From an uncultured virus (IMG/VR IMGVR_UViG_3300028800_000080) (Duplodnaviria > Heunggongvirae > Uroviricota > Caudoviricetes), in the IMG/VR virus record IMGVR_UViG_3300028800_000080: 64,000 nucleotides of DNA, one strand, 5' to 3'. Both the position numbers and the translations under genes were made by a program. Below are positions 1-9,416 of this stretch, piece by piece. The notes under the pieces are model-generated. The model made no database searches. It was not told where the DNA came from and saw only the letters and a list, made by a program, of their open reading frames with translations. Position 1 is the stretch's first letter. Each line of letters begins with the position of its first letter.

Positions 1-4
1 TTTA

Positions 5-544
5 GTGGGACTTCTGGAGGCTGTTGCGGAGCGTATAGACTTTATCGCGCCCGGGATGGCGGGTTGGGACGACATGACGGAAGGTAAGATATGCCGTAAA
101 GCCGCCCGCGAGATTGCAGAGTTGCGGGATACGTTGAAACAGCGCGACGAAAACTTCGATGCTCACTACAACAATCTGGCCGACAAGTACGAAGAAGCCG
201 AGGGTGCCGTAGCAGAGTTGCGTAAATCTAACTTTAGCCTCTTGGCCGCAAACGTACAATTGGGCGTAAGGATAGACGCAGCCGAGAAAACCATCGTAGA
301 GTTGCGGCAGCGTGAGAGGGCGCTGCTTTGTGCCTGTTGCGGCGGCCCGTTGCCCGCAGTATTCGCGCCCGTAACCTGCGAGGGTTGCCCGAGCGATATT
401 GTTTGGGATAGCGAGAACCGCAGCGAACACCCCGACTACGACCACGACTTTCAACCGGAGTGGGCAAGGGCCGGAGCCATACTCGATAAGGCTCCATTAG
501 AACAAGCAGCAGCCCATCTTACCGCTTGCGCTGGTTTGGCATGA
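5..544 (+). CDS. Hypothetical phage protein, coiled-coil with Cys cluster (start may lie outside window)
   Basis: 179-aa ORF with repeated (I/V)AELR heptads and CACCGG..CEGC; shares ELRQRER and AILDKAP with the ORF at 1489. Confidence 0.6.
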   Translation: MGLLEAVAERIDFIAPGMAGWDDMTEGKICRKAAREIAELRDTLKQRDENFDAHYNNLADKYEEAEGAVAELRKSNFSLLAANVQLGVRIDAAEKTIVELRQRERALLCACCGGPLPAVFAPVTCEGCPSDIVWDSENRSEHPDYDHDFQPEWARAGAILDKAPLEQAAAHLTACAGLA

Positions 545-632
545 TTGGTTGGGCATCCGGTGTCGGTGTAATCGCATTTTCAATGCTTCTTATTGTGGAT
601 TCGGTTATTAACGCTTGCAAACGGAAGGAACC

Positions 633-929
633 ATGAGCAAAAGCACCGCCCCCTACACCTCCGAGGATGCCGCAGAGTGCAAGCGGATTGAAGCGGCGTT
701 AGATGCTCAACAGAAAGCCTGCTGTCTACATATTCCGTGTGACGAGCATAAGGTTTTTGTTGAGGCCAAATCGGCCCTCGAAAAGGCGGGGCGAGCGATA
801 ACGCGGCTTGAGTCCGAGGCAATGTGTGAATACTGCCAGCGCGGCGAACACTCCCACGACCTCGACGGCGAATGTGGAACGCGAACCGACCAATATTGCA
901 AGTGCGCTTGGAGGGCAAATAATGGCTGA
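633..929 (+). CDS. Hypothetical Cys/His-rich small protein
   Basis: GGAAGGA RBS before ATG 633; CEYC..H..C..C pattern. Confidence 0.55.
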   Translation: MSKSTAPYTSEDAAECKRIEAALDAQQKACCLHIPCDEHKVFVEAKSALEKAGRAITRLESEAMCEYCQRGEHSHDLDGECGTRTDQYCKCAWRANNG

Positions 930-1170
930 CAGCGTTTTAATAACCCAACTACGCGGTCTCTGTCCGGCAGTAATGTTGCCGAAGTGCAAGCCGGGCGAAG
1001 GCGTTTGTATCCCTTGTCGTGCCGCAGACCGCTTAGAGTGGCTTCAAGCAGAACAGAGTGAGTTGTGTCACAGAATAATGAGCATAAGCTCGACTGCCTC
1101 GCGGGAATACTTACTCGCTAAAAATATCATCGCTATACTCAAAGCCGCTTGGAGGGCAAATAATGCATGA
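922..1170 (+). CDS. Hypothetical protein
   Basis: ATG inside the GGAGG repeat; ends AWRANNA, like the preceding ORF (AWRANNG). Confidence 0.6.
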   Translation: MADSVLITQLRGLCPAVMLPKCKPGEGVCIPCRAADRLEWLQAEQSELCHRIMSISSTASREYLLAKNIIAILKAAWRANNA

Positions 1171-1348
1171 AATGACGCTTCGTTATATTGCGGGATTCTC
1201 GCTATTGGTAGCGGTTCTGTTGGCGCTATTTTGCCCCGTAATAGCCGAGGCACTATGGATTTTGAAGAAACGTTTGGACGCTCATAGCCTACAAAAAAGC
1301 GCAAGGTATTCTCCACCCAAAGACGACCCACGCTTGGAGGGCAAATAA
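1163..1348 (+). CDS. Hypothetical small membrane protein
   Basis: ATG in the repeat; hydrophobic segment IAGFSLLVAVLLALFCPVIA. Confidence 0.55.
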   Translation: MHEMTLRYIAGFSLLVAVLLALFCPVIAEALWILKKRLDAHSLQKSARYSPPKDDPRLEGK

Positions 1349-1488
1349 TGGCTGCTGATGAGTTTTGTAATCCGAAGAAGTTTTTATGGTGGACGTACTC
1401 GGCCCACGACTGGCAAGATTTTCAAGGCATGAACTGGGATTTGCCCGGCTATTCCCGCTGTAGACTATGCGGAAAGGAGAGCCGATAA
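1348..1488 (+). CDS. Hypothetical 46-aa protein (below ORF-track cutoff)
   Basis: Manual translation MAADEFCNPKKFLWWTYSAHDWQ...CRLCGKESR*; ATG in the third repeat copy. Confidence 0.55.
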   Translation: MAADEFCNPKKFLWWTYSAHDWQDFQGMNWDLPGYSRCRLCGKESR

Positions 1489-1791
1489 ATGGCTGCTGAT
1501 TTAGTGGAACGGCTTTCGCCGGAACGCATGGCGCTGCTAACACGCGACCTCGAAGCGGTTGAAAGTGCTGGCATACTGCGTTGGAAGGCCGACCTGGAAT
1601 GGTGCGAAGTCAAGGCGCTTCTCAGCGAGATTGCAGAGTTGCGGCAGCGTGAGAGGGGCCTGCGAGCGGTTCCGAAAGCGAGCCCGCGAAAAGCAATCTC
1701 GGCGGACTACGCGACTGGCTACAATCATGCACTCGAAACGGTCCTCGCCATACTCGATAAGGCCCCAACAGAAACGAAGGACAGTAAATGA
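1489..1791 (+). CDS. Hypothetical protein
   Basis: AAGGAG RBS; shares sequence blocks with ORF 5..544. Confidence 0.6.
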   Translation: MAADLVERLSPERMALLTRDLEAVESAGILRWKADLEWCEVKALLSEIAELRQRERGLRAVPKASPRKAISADYATGYNHALETVLAILDKAPTETKDSK

Positions 1792-2375
1792 TAATTTTAG
1801 AAGGACCGGACTGTTCCGGCAAGACTACACTCGCACAGTTTCTGTGTGGGAAACTGAGCGCTCATTTCGAGCACATTGGTCTGCCCCCGCCTGGAGTAAG
1901 GCACTGGGACATCGTACGGGACAAGCTGTTAACTTGCCCCCTTAACACCGTCTACGACAGGATGATTGTCGGCAGCTACGTCTTTAAGCAGTTCAAGGCT
2001 GACAAGCACAACTTCAACGGCGTAACGGGGTCTGAGTTGACCTCTTGGCAAGAGCTGATGGAGGCGCTCTACCCGAAGGCGCTCATCATCGACTGTTTCG
2101 CACCGTATACGACGTTGCTCAGACGTTTCAAAGACAGGGGTGACGACTACGTCACAGAGAATGAGTTAGGTCTGAGTGCCCGGCACTATGACGATGTCTG
2201 GCTGCATTGGGCCGAGTTCAATAGCAACATCCTAATCTTCAATAGCGAAACGATGACCCTCGAAAGTTTCTACCGGGAGAACCTGAGCGCGATAGAGCTA
2301 GCTCTGTCGTCCACCGCAACGCCCAACGCAGCAATGCGGAACGTAATCAAAAATCACATGGGAGATATTAGTTGA
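1788..2375 (+). CDS. dNMP/thymidylate kinase-like P-loop kinase
   Basis: IILEGPDCSGKTT Walker A, VYDR motif and RGDDY lid; adjacent to a TS-family gene. Confidence 0.85.
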   Translation: MIILEGPDCSGKTTLAQFLCGKLSAHFEHIGLPPPGVRHWDIVRDKLLTCPLNTVYDRMIVGSYVFKQFKADKHNFNGVTGSELTSWQELMEALYPKALIIDCFAPYTTLLRRFKDRGDDYVTENELGLSARHYDDVWLHWAEFNSNILIFNSETMTLESFYRENLSAIELALSSTATPNAAMRNVIKNHMGDIS

Positions 2376-3316
2376 ACGTCAGAATAGACGCCGCCGACGC
2401 CGCAGAAGCGTACCAACAGCTGTTAGCTTCGCTGCTGCAAACAAACGTAGCTAGCGTGCCCGGTATCGCAGTTGAGCAGATTAACACTACCGTGTCTATC
2501 TGGCACCCGGAGCGCTTGCTGATAGGCTCCACGGCGCGCAAGTTCAACTACCGTTCGCAAATCAGCGAGGGGTTGTGGAACATGACGAATACGGATGCGA
2601 TTGACTTTCTCTGTCGCTACAACTCAACCATTCCGAGGTTCGTGGAAGACCAAGAACCGGCCCAAAGACACCGCGCTACGTGGGCGTACGGTCCCTACAT
2701 CCACAATCAGTTCCATCGCGTAGTTGATGAGTTGATTCAGGACCCCGACTCACGTCGTGCTCGCATCAGCATCCAGTATAGCGGAGAGAGGGGCACACCA
2801 CCGTGTCTCAGCTACCTCCAATGGTTCGTACGTGGAGGCAAGCTCATCCAGGTAACGCATATGCGTAGCAACGACGCATGGCGTGGCTTCCCTCTGGACA
2901 TCGTCCAGTTTGGGCTGATGGGTCACATCGTTGCTGCGGCACTGGGTGTACCGTTCTCGCTGCTCATCCACCAGGCCGACAGTATGCACATCTACATTCC
3001 TGACCTCGCACACGTGATGGAATTCATTGAGGGTCGACACACGCCTTACACGCTGCCCTACGTAGGGCCACATGCGCTGGGCACCGCTATTCGAGGCGAC
3101 GTGCTAGCGTTCGTGGAGAAATACGGGCACCGCGACCAAACTTGTCTCAAGGTGTGGAACCCCGAAGAAGGCGCTCACACGAGTCAAAAGTTGGATTACA
3201 GCCGGGTCCCGGGGCTGGAAAGTTACGCAGCCCTACTTACGGGCGACTACCTTAGCCCGAATTTTGAGGCCCCCTATGCTAATTTGAAGATGGGCGACTA
3301 CGGCATTGGCTGGTAG
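2372..3316 (+). CDS. Thymidylate synthase-family pyrimidine (hydroxy)methyltransferase
   Basis: AYG, DPDSRRA, catalytic PPC, MRSNDAWRGFPLD and SMHIY motifs. Confidence 0.85.
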   Translation: MNVRIDAADAAEAYQQLLASLLQTNVASVPGIAVEQINTTVSIWHPERLLIGSTARKFNYRSQISEGLWNMTNTDAIDFLCRYNSTIPRFVEDQEPAQRHRATWAYGPYIHNQFHRVVDELIQDPDSRRARISIQYSGERGTPPCLSYLQWFVRGGKLIQVTHMRSNDAWRGFPLDIVQFGLMGHIVAAALGVPFSLLIHQADSMHIYIPDLAHVMEFIEGRHTPYTLPYVGPHALGTAIRGDVLAFVEKYGHRDQTCLKVWNPEEGAHTSQKLDYSRVPGLESYAALLTGDYLSPNFEAPYANLKMGDYGIGW

Positions 3317-5525
3317 AGTTATAACGGACGCTGATGGCGTCCGTGAGCTGTTGCGCGCTATCTATGACTCGTACGAGTGCGCTATCGACACCGAAACCAC
3401 GGGCCTGTACTGGGCGCTGGGCCAAAAGGCGTTCCTTGCAACCTTTGCGCCTAATGAGACGGACGCCTATCTCTGCGCGGACCCGAAACTGGTCTACGAA
3501 ATCATGGACCACATCGCTGAGAGCGGTCTATTCTCCATGGTGTTCCACAACGCGGTGTTCGACCTGCACATGATTCGAGCCTGGAACGGCTGGATGCCGA
3601 AGAAGGGCTACGGTAGCCTCAAGCTTGAGGACACCATGCACGCTTTCAGGATTCAGTACCCCGGCAGTTCAGCGAAGCTCAAAATAGCCTCGCAACGCTT
3701 TTGCCCGGACATGGACGTAATCGGCCCGGAGAAAGCAGTTAAGGAGTGGATACGTGATAACAGCTATTTTGAAACGGTTGCAGGCAAGCGCACCCTGGTC
3801 ACGCCAGGCTATGACGCCGTTCCGATGGAGCTTATGGCGCCCTACGCAATGCAAGACGTCATCCTCACCATCCGGGACCATCATGGGCTGGCTAGGGAGC
3901 GTGCCCTCTGGCAGCGGCCCGCTTATCTCGCACCTGAAGTACCGCCCCCCGACGAAGCTTATCGGGCTGAAATCAAACTCATCGGAAAAGTCATTGTGGA
4001 CCTTGAGCGAAAGGGTATGCATGTTAGAAAGGCAGCGCTTCGTTCTGGGCTTATAGAGTCAGCCGAGCATATCGCTGAGTTGATGACGGCCTGGTCCAAG
4101 GCTGACTTCAAGATACTCGACAAGGACGGTGAGGAGCAAGCTTGCTCCCCGACCTCTCCCGTTCAACTCAAAAAGCTATTCTACGACGTGGCCCACGAGC
4201 CGCTCAAGCATAGAACCAAGCCGTCCAAGACCTGGAAAGATGGCGGCCCCTCAACGGGTGAGTCTGCGCTTGTTGACGCGGTCACTCCGATAGGCAAGAG
4301 GATGAGCAGTATTCTGCTGCCCCTCCGCTCCTGGAAAAAGTACAGTGAGCGCCTAACTGAGATTGACTCGTTCCTAGCTTCAGATGGCGGAGTGCACACT
4401 AGCCTCAAGTCCGACAAGGCGAAGACAGGCCGGTTCAGCTCAACGGAGCCAGCGCTCCAGAACCTCACGCGACCGGGCCTATTGAAGGACGGCACGCTTG
4501 ACCCGCTGAAGCGCTACTCACACGCTCGTGCGGTGTTCGGCCCCCCTCCAGGATTCGAGTGGCTCATCTGGGACCTTAGCCAGATTGAGTTGCGCTTGGC
4601 TGCGCACTTTATGCGCGACCAGGAGATGATTCAAGCTTTCATTGAAGGCGTTGACTTCCACAGCCTCACCGCGTCTCGCATGTACGGTGTACCTCTCGCA
4701 GCCGTCACCAAGACGATGCGCGCTATCGCCAAAATCTTGAACTTCAGCATTCTCTACGGCGCAGGCGTCAGGAAGATTACCGAAACCCTGAGGTACGGAG
4801 CCGCAGGTACGGAGCCTCTGGCTCTAGAGGACGTGCTCCACGCTCTAGTGCTGCTGCTCCCCGACACCTTCAAGATTGAAGACGATGAGCGCCTCCACTA
4901 CGCCGAGATACTGCGCGAGTGGGTGTGGGAGGACGGCAAAGACGCAGACACCGCCTACGTGAACGGCAAGAAGATGGTGTTGACCGGCCAGTACGAATGG
5001 AGGGACCTGAACGATGAGGAATTGTTTACTCTCCTGGGCAAGACGCTGTACGACGCGTACCATAAGGAGAATCCAAAGGTCAGCGAGTTCACTACGAAGG
5101 CTAGTGACCGCGCCAAGAAATATGGTGGAATCTACACCGCATTCGGACTGTTCATCCCCATTCCTAAGCCGACTTGGAGCGCGGAACACAAGCGATTCCT
5201 GACCTACTTCCACAAGGCAGGCAACGCTGTTGTTCAGGGCTCAGCTGCTGGGTTGATGAAGGGCCTGATGGTCCGGGACGTGGAAGTGTGCGAGGAGTAC
5301 GCTCTGGAGCGGAACCTCCAAATGTGGCGCGATATTGCTCTCATCTTGAGCATCCACGACGAATCCATCCACGAGGTCCCGGTGGGCCACGCGCTGCCGT
5401 TAGCGCGCAAGATGGACCGGGTATTGAGTCACTGGCCACAGTTCAACGTGCCCATCGTACTCGAATACGCGTTTGTCCCAGAAGGCGGCAACTGGGCTGA
5501 AAAGCAGAAACTGGAGATAGCATGA
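3306..5525 (+). CDS. polA: DNA polymerase family A with 3'-5' exonuclease domain
   Basis: ExoI DTETTG, HNAVFD, TGRFSSTEPALQN, motif A DLSQIELR, motif B RAIAKILNFSILYG, QGSAA, motif C IHDE. Confidence 0.95.
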   Translation: MAGRVITDADGVRELLRAIYDSYECAIDTETTGLYWALGQKAFLATFAPNETDAYLCADPKLVYEIMDHIAESGLFSMVFHNAVFDLHMIRAWNGWMPKKGYGSLKLEDTMHAFRIQYPGSSAKLKIASQRFCPDMDVIGPEKAVKEWIRDNSYFETVAGKRTLVTPGYDAVPMELMAPYAMQDVILTIRDHHGLARERALWQRPAYLAPEVPPPDEAYRAEIKLIGKVIVDLERKGMHVRKAALRSGLIESAEHIAELMTAWSKADFKILDKDGEEQACSPTSPVQLKKLFYDVAHEPLKHRTKPSKTWKDGGPSTGESALVDAVTPIGKRMSSILLPLRSWKKYSERLTEIDSFLASDGGVHTSLKSDKAKTGRFSSTEPALQNLTRPGLLKDGTLDPLKRYSHARAVFGPPPGFEWLIWDLSQIELRLAAHFMRDQEMIQAFIEGVDFHSLTASRMYGVPLAAVTKTMRAIAKILNFSILYGAGVRKITETLRYGAAGTEPLALEDVLHALVLLLPDTFKIEDDERLHYAEILREWVWEDGKDADTAYVNGKKMVLTGQYEWRDLNDEELFTLLGKTLYDAYHKENPKVSEFTTKASDRAKKYGGIYTAFGLFIPIPKPTWSAEHKRFLTYFHKAGNAVVQGSAAGLMKGLMVRDVEVCEEYALERNLQMWRDIALILSIHDESIHEVPVGHALPLARKMDRVLSHWPQFNVPIVLEYAFVPEGGNWAEKQKLEIA

Positions 5526-5779
5526 TTCTTGAGTGCAACACAACGAGCTACGGAGGGGCGAAACGTAAGGACCGCTATTTCGTAGTGATTAATGACGGCT
5601 CAAAACTCTACAGTTTGCGAAAGTCTGCCTACGACAACAAACCCATCGACCGCAAAGAAGCAATCAAGCGTTATCACGACCAGATTCACAACGAGAACAT
5701 GGTCCTGGTTGAGCTGAACGTGGTTGCTGAGCTTACCCGACCTAAAAAACCCGATTTGGAGTTGATTATACATGGCTAG
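5522..5779 (+). CDS. Hypothetical protein
   Basis: Coupled ORF after polA, GGAG RBS. Confidence 0.55.
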   Translation: MILECNTTSYGGAKRKDRYFVVINDGSKLYSLRKSAYDNKPIDRKEAIKRYHDQIHNENMVLVELNVVAELTRPKKPDLELIIHG

Positions 5780-5975
5780 ATTACAAGACGACATCGAAGG
5801 TGTGCTTCAGAATGTGGAGTTCACCTATCGCAAGCTTCGCCAGGACCAAAGCGAAGCGGACCACGACACCCTTGCTCAACCCTTCGAGGAGGTAGTTGAG
5901 GACGCGGGTGAAGTGCTCATCCGTGCAGGACAGGTCCTGAAAGACTTAGCGAGTGCTAGTAAGTCACGTAGCTGA
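5772..5975 (+). CDS. Hypothetical acidic helical protein
   Basis: Overlapping, operon-like arrangement. Confidence 0.5.
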   Translation: MARLQDDIEGVLQNVEFTYRKLRQDQSEADHDTLAQPFEEVVEDAGEVLIRAGQVLKDLASASKSRS

Positions 5976-6384
5976 GTACCGCTTCTACGACCTAGACCGC
6001 GAAGCAGCGGTCGCAGTCGATAGGGTGCTGACCAAAGCGCTGCTGGAGCACGGACTCGTGTTCAAGGGCGACTACGACTCAGCCTTCAGGCCCGTGGCGA
6101 ACGTTATCAAGTGGGACCCCGTCATCCCCGAGGAGGGCGAGAAGCCGACTAAGAGCCAGCGCAGCTACGCTCTTAGTTTGTGGAAGGACCTTCGAGAGGA
6201 AGCAACCAGGGGTCGTGATGAGAACGTCGTTGCTAGGGTCCAAGTACTCTTGCATGACGTGCAAACAACCATGAAGGACCCCGAAGCAACCAAGCGCGAA
6301 GCATCCAATTGCATTGAGGCGCTGAGCGAAGCGCTCGCTGACCTACGATTCTTGAGAACAGGAGCTACTTATGTTGCCCGTTAA
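5953..6384 (+). CDS. Hypothetical protein
   Basis: 143-aa ORF tiling between neighbours. Confidence 0.55.
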   Translation: MLVSHVAEYRFYDLDREAAVAVDRVLTKALLEHGLVFKGDYDSAFRPVANVIKWDPVIPEEGEKPTKSQRSYALSLWKDLREEATRGRDENVVARVQVLLHDVQTTMKDPEATKREASNCIEALSEALADLRFLRTGATYVAR

Positions 6385-6829
6385 ATTCTACGTTGGCGCC
6401 ACGCTCTCCAAGAAAGCGCTGGCAGACGCCGTAGCTGACCGCCTCATTGCTGAGGGCTGGGAGCAAACCTTCCGTTGGGACACGGTTGAAAAAGCCGAGT
6501 ACCCTGCGCAGGCCGAGAAGGAGCTGAAAGGCGTAGCTCAAGCTAACGTCTTTATTGGGCTGTTACCCGGTCGACTGGGCCTGGCTACCGAATTAGGTAT
6601 CGCGCTGTGTAACCGCGATTGGCTTGAGTACGAGTACGGCCCTACAACGCAAGTCATCCTCTGGGCACCCGAGGCCAAGTGGTACACGGAGGCTGAGGAC
6701 GGTCTACACCCGAGCGTGTTCTACGCTCACCCTAGCGTAGTGCGACTCATTGGCGAGGACCCGGTTGAGACCGTTGCCAGCTACCTGTTCAACAAGGGCC
6801 GCGCTCACGTCACGTTTGAGTACAACTAA
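6371..6829 (+). CDS. Nucleoside 2-deoxyribosyltransferase / dNMP N-glycosidase-like protein
   Basis: FYVG N-terminal strand and ELKGVAQANVFIGLLPGRLGLATELGIAL, resembling the NDT-family G..xE.G.A motif; nucleotide-metabolism context. Confidence 0.6.
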   Translation: MLPVKFYVGATLSKKALADAVADRLIAEGWEQTFRWDTVEKAEYPAQAEKELKGVAQANVFIGLLPGRLGLATELGIALCNRDWLEYEYGPTTQVILWAPEAKWYTEAEDGLHPSVFYAHPSVVRLIGEDPVETVASYLFNKGRAHVTFEYN

Positions 6830-7176
6830 TGGGCCCCGTACACAATGGCACGTTCTACGACCGCTATTCGCTTGAGACGCTCCAACATTGGGCTGAGACG
6901 GAATTCTTCTACGAAGGCCGCATCCACCCGTCTGTAGCGCTAAAGGTGACGAGGCTGCATCCGCCGTTCTCGTGCGGTGCGCAAATTACCTGGATTTGGA
7001 CGCACCCCAGCAACAAGGTGCGACACGAGGGGCGTCACAGTATAGCGTGCGAGGATGAGTGGGCTTTCTATACCATCTTCAAGCAAACAGCGCGCATCAT
7101 GGCGGATGAATGTCGGCGTTACCTGGCGCAAGCCTCGCGTGACTTCTACGACCCGTTTAGCGGTTTCGACCTATGA
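6829..7176 (+). CDS. Hypothetical protein
   Basis: TAATG coupling with upstream ORF. Confidence 0.5.
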   Translation: MGPVHNGTFYDRYSLETLQHWAETEFFYEGRIHPSVALKVTRLHPPFSCGAQITWIWTHPSNKVRHEGRHSIACEDEWAFYTIFKQTARIMADECRRYLAQASRDFYDPFSGFDL

Positions 7177-7194
7177 GACGGCGAATAATGGGGG

Positions 7195-7701
7195 ATGATA
7201 ACTAGCGTGCCGTTTATCGCAACGGCTTACAGCCCATGTGACAGCGGCAATCGTACGGCGACAGGGACCCGGGTTCATACCGGAGAAATAGCTACAGACC
7301 CCCACGTGATTCCATTGGGTTCTTGGGTGAGAATCAATGGGCGCGAGTACCACGCCGAGGACACGGGCGGTGCCATTCGTGGCCATCACATCGATATCTG
7401 GATGCCCAGTTGCCGAGATGCCATTCGGTGGGGCGTCCAAAAAGTTTACGTTGCATTCACAAATCATAGAAAGCAAACACACTGTTGTTCGAGCAATACC
7501 GCTACCGCCCCGAGCCATTTCAGGATGCTCTTTCCCGCTTCATTGACGTCCGCACGTATAGCCGCTACCTACCTGAACAAAACCGCAGAGAAACCTGGTT
7601 TGAGACCGTACGGCGGTATTGCGAATACCTTTTCAGCGTGGCTGGGGACGCTCTTGACGACGCTACGAAACACCGAATATTCCTTGCTGTCTATGACCTG
7701 A
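7195..7701 (+). CDS. 3D-domain (MltA-like, three-Asp) cell-wall hydrolase-like protein
   Basis: ATAYS..TATG..IATDPHVIPLGS..AEDTGGAIRGHHIDIW is the 3D-domain signature; the C-terminal ~70 aa overlap the RNR. Confidence 0.8.
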   Translation: MITSVPFIATAYSPCDSGNRTATGTRVHTGEIATDPHVIPLGSWVRINGREYHAEDTGGAIRGHHIDIWMPSCRDAIRWGVQKVYVAFTNHRKQTHCCSSNTATAPSHFRMLFPASLTSARIAATYLNKTAEKPGLRPYGGIANTFSAWLGTLLTTLRNTEYSLLSMT

Positions 7702-9413
7702 AAGTCCTAGGCTCCATGCGCCTGCTCTGGTCAGCGGGCGAGGCGGCACGCCAAAACAACGTCACCGCATACAACTGCAGTTTTTCCGCCGTGAATGACC
7801 CCGTCGTCTTTGATGAGGCGCTGTTCATTCTCATGTGCGGCACAGGGTTTGGAGGCTCTGTTGAATATGAGTACATCGAACAACTCCCCCGAATCCTCAA
7901 ACCTAAACAAAGTATCCCAGATACGCACATTGTTGATGACTCTAGAGAAGGATGGGCGCTTGCTCTTCGGCAAGGTATCGATAGGTGGTATCATGGGCAC
8001 GACATCACTTATGATTTCAGCGGACTTAGGCCAGCTGGTGCAAGGCTTAGGACCATGGGAGGTCGCTCCAGCGGACCTGAGCCCCTTAAAAGACTTATTG
8101 CTTTCACTAGGGATAAGTTTAGGGAACGTGCTGGGCGTCGTCTACAGACGATAGATTGCGCGGACATCCTGATGATGACGGGTGAAAGCGTGGAGATGGG
8201 CGGCGTCAGACGGTCAAGCGAGATACTGCTATTCTCGCCTGACGACCCGCTGATGTTGGAGGCTAAACAGGGGGCCTACTACAACCAGTATCCGCATCGC
8301 AAGATGGCGAACCTCAGCATGGCGTTCGATGAGCGACCGAGGGACGCCCAGTTGCTCCATCAATGGCTTGCCCTCGCCAAGTCGGGCTCAGGGGAACCAG
8401 GCATCTTCATTAAATCTAACGCAAGAACGACAGCACCCCGGCGCAACCGATGGGGCGTGTTCGGCACCAACCCGTGCGGTGAGATTGTACTGCGAGGCGA
8501 CCACCCACTTGGCGGCGGTCAGTTCTGCAACCTGAGTGAAGCTATCGCTAGACCGGATGACGACTACGACACTTTGCGAGACAAAGTTGAAATCGCAGCT
8601 ATCTTGGGCACCGTGCAAAGCACGTTGACCGATTTCCCCTACCTCCGACCCGGCTGGAAGGCCAATTGCGAGGAGGAGCGGTTGCTAGGTTCGTCTATCA
8701 CGGGCATCGCTGACTGTCCGCAGCTGTTCGATGCTGAGTTGCTGGGTAAATTACGTGACCACGCTATAGCCGTGAACGTTGATTACGCACAACGGATGGG
8801 AGTGAACCCATCAACCGCAATTACGTGCGTAAAACCCAGTGGCACTGCGTCGCAGCTTGTGGGGAGTTCCAGTGGGCTCCACGCTCGGTGGTCGAAATAC
8901 TACATTCGGCGCATCCGCATAAGCGTCACAGACCCGTTGCTAGCGTTTCTGCGCACTCTCGGTGTCCCCTGCGAACCTGAAGTAGGTCAGGACCCAACCA
9001 CGGCTACTACCTGGGTGCTATCGTTCCCAGTCAAGTCGCCTGATGGAGCCGTCACTCGCGACAAGGTCAGCGTGACTGAGCAACTGGAGCGCTGGTTGAC
9101 GTTCAAGAAGCACTGGTGCGAGCATAACCCCAGTTGTACGATTTACGTCAAGGACCACGAATGGATTAAGACGCTCGCTTGGATTGAGTCACATTGGAAC
9201 GAGGTCGGGGGCCTGAGCTTCCTTCCGTCTAATGACCACGTCTATCGCCTAGCTCCTTACGAGGAGATAACCGAGGAGCGTTACCTTGAACTGATGACGA
9301 CGTTCCCCAAGGATATTGACTACTCGCTACTGTCCGCGTTTGAGAATGACGACAACACAAGTGGCGGTGGAAGTGGTTGCGAAGGAGTCACCTGTGAAAT
9401 TGCATCTGTCTGA
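7485..9413 (+). CDS. nrdJ: Class II (B12-dependent) ribonucleotide reductase
   Basis: TYSR..RRETW, YNCSF, GTNPCGEI, FCNLSE, TCVKPSGT and C-terminal CEGVTC redox pair; no beta-subunit gene nearby. Confidence 0.9.
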   Translation: MFEQYRYRPEPFQDALSRFIDVRTYSRYLPEQNRRETWFETVRRYCEYLFSVAGDALDDATKHRIFLAVYDLKVLGSMRLLWSAGEAARQNNVTAYNCSFSAVNDPVVFDEALFILMCGTGFGGSVEYEYIEQLPRILKPKQSIPDTHIVDDSREGWALALRQGIDRWYHGHDITYDFSGLRPAGARLRTMGGRSSGPEPLKRLIAFTRDKFRERAGRRLQTIDCADILMMTGESVEMGGVRRSSEILLFSPDDPLMLEAKQGAYYNQYPHRKMANLSMAFDERPRDAQLLHQWLALAKSGSGEPGIFIKSNARTTAPRRNRWGVFGTNPCGEIVLRGDHPLGGGQFCNLSEAIARPDDDYDTLRDKVEIAAILGTVQSTLTDFPYLRPGWKANCEEERLLGSSITGIADCPQLFDAELLGKLRDHAIAVNVDYAQRMGVNPSTAITCVKPSGTASQLVGSSSGLHARWSKYYIRRIRISVTDPLLAFLRTLGVPCEPEVGQDPTTATTWVLSFPVKSPDGAVTRDKVSVTEQLERWLTFKKHWCEHNPSCTIYVKDHEWIKTLAWIESHWNEVGGLSFLPSNDHVYRLAPYEEITEERYLELMTTFPKDIDYSLLSAFENDDNTSGGGSGCEGVTCEIASV

Positions 9414-9416
9414 TAA

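Larger units (their letters stand above)
905..1350 (+). repeat. Three copies of the 20-bp gene-junction/RBS repeat CGCTTGGAGGGCAAATAATG (905-924, 1146-1165, 1331-1350)
   Basis: Identical copies read directly; each ends in the ATG of the next small ORF. Confidence 0.9.
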
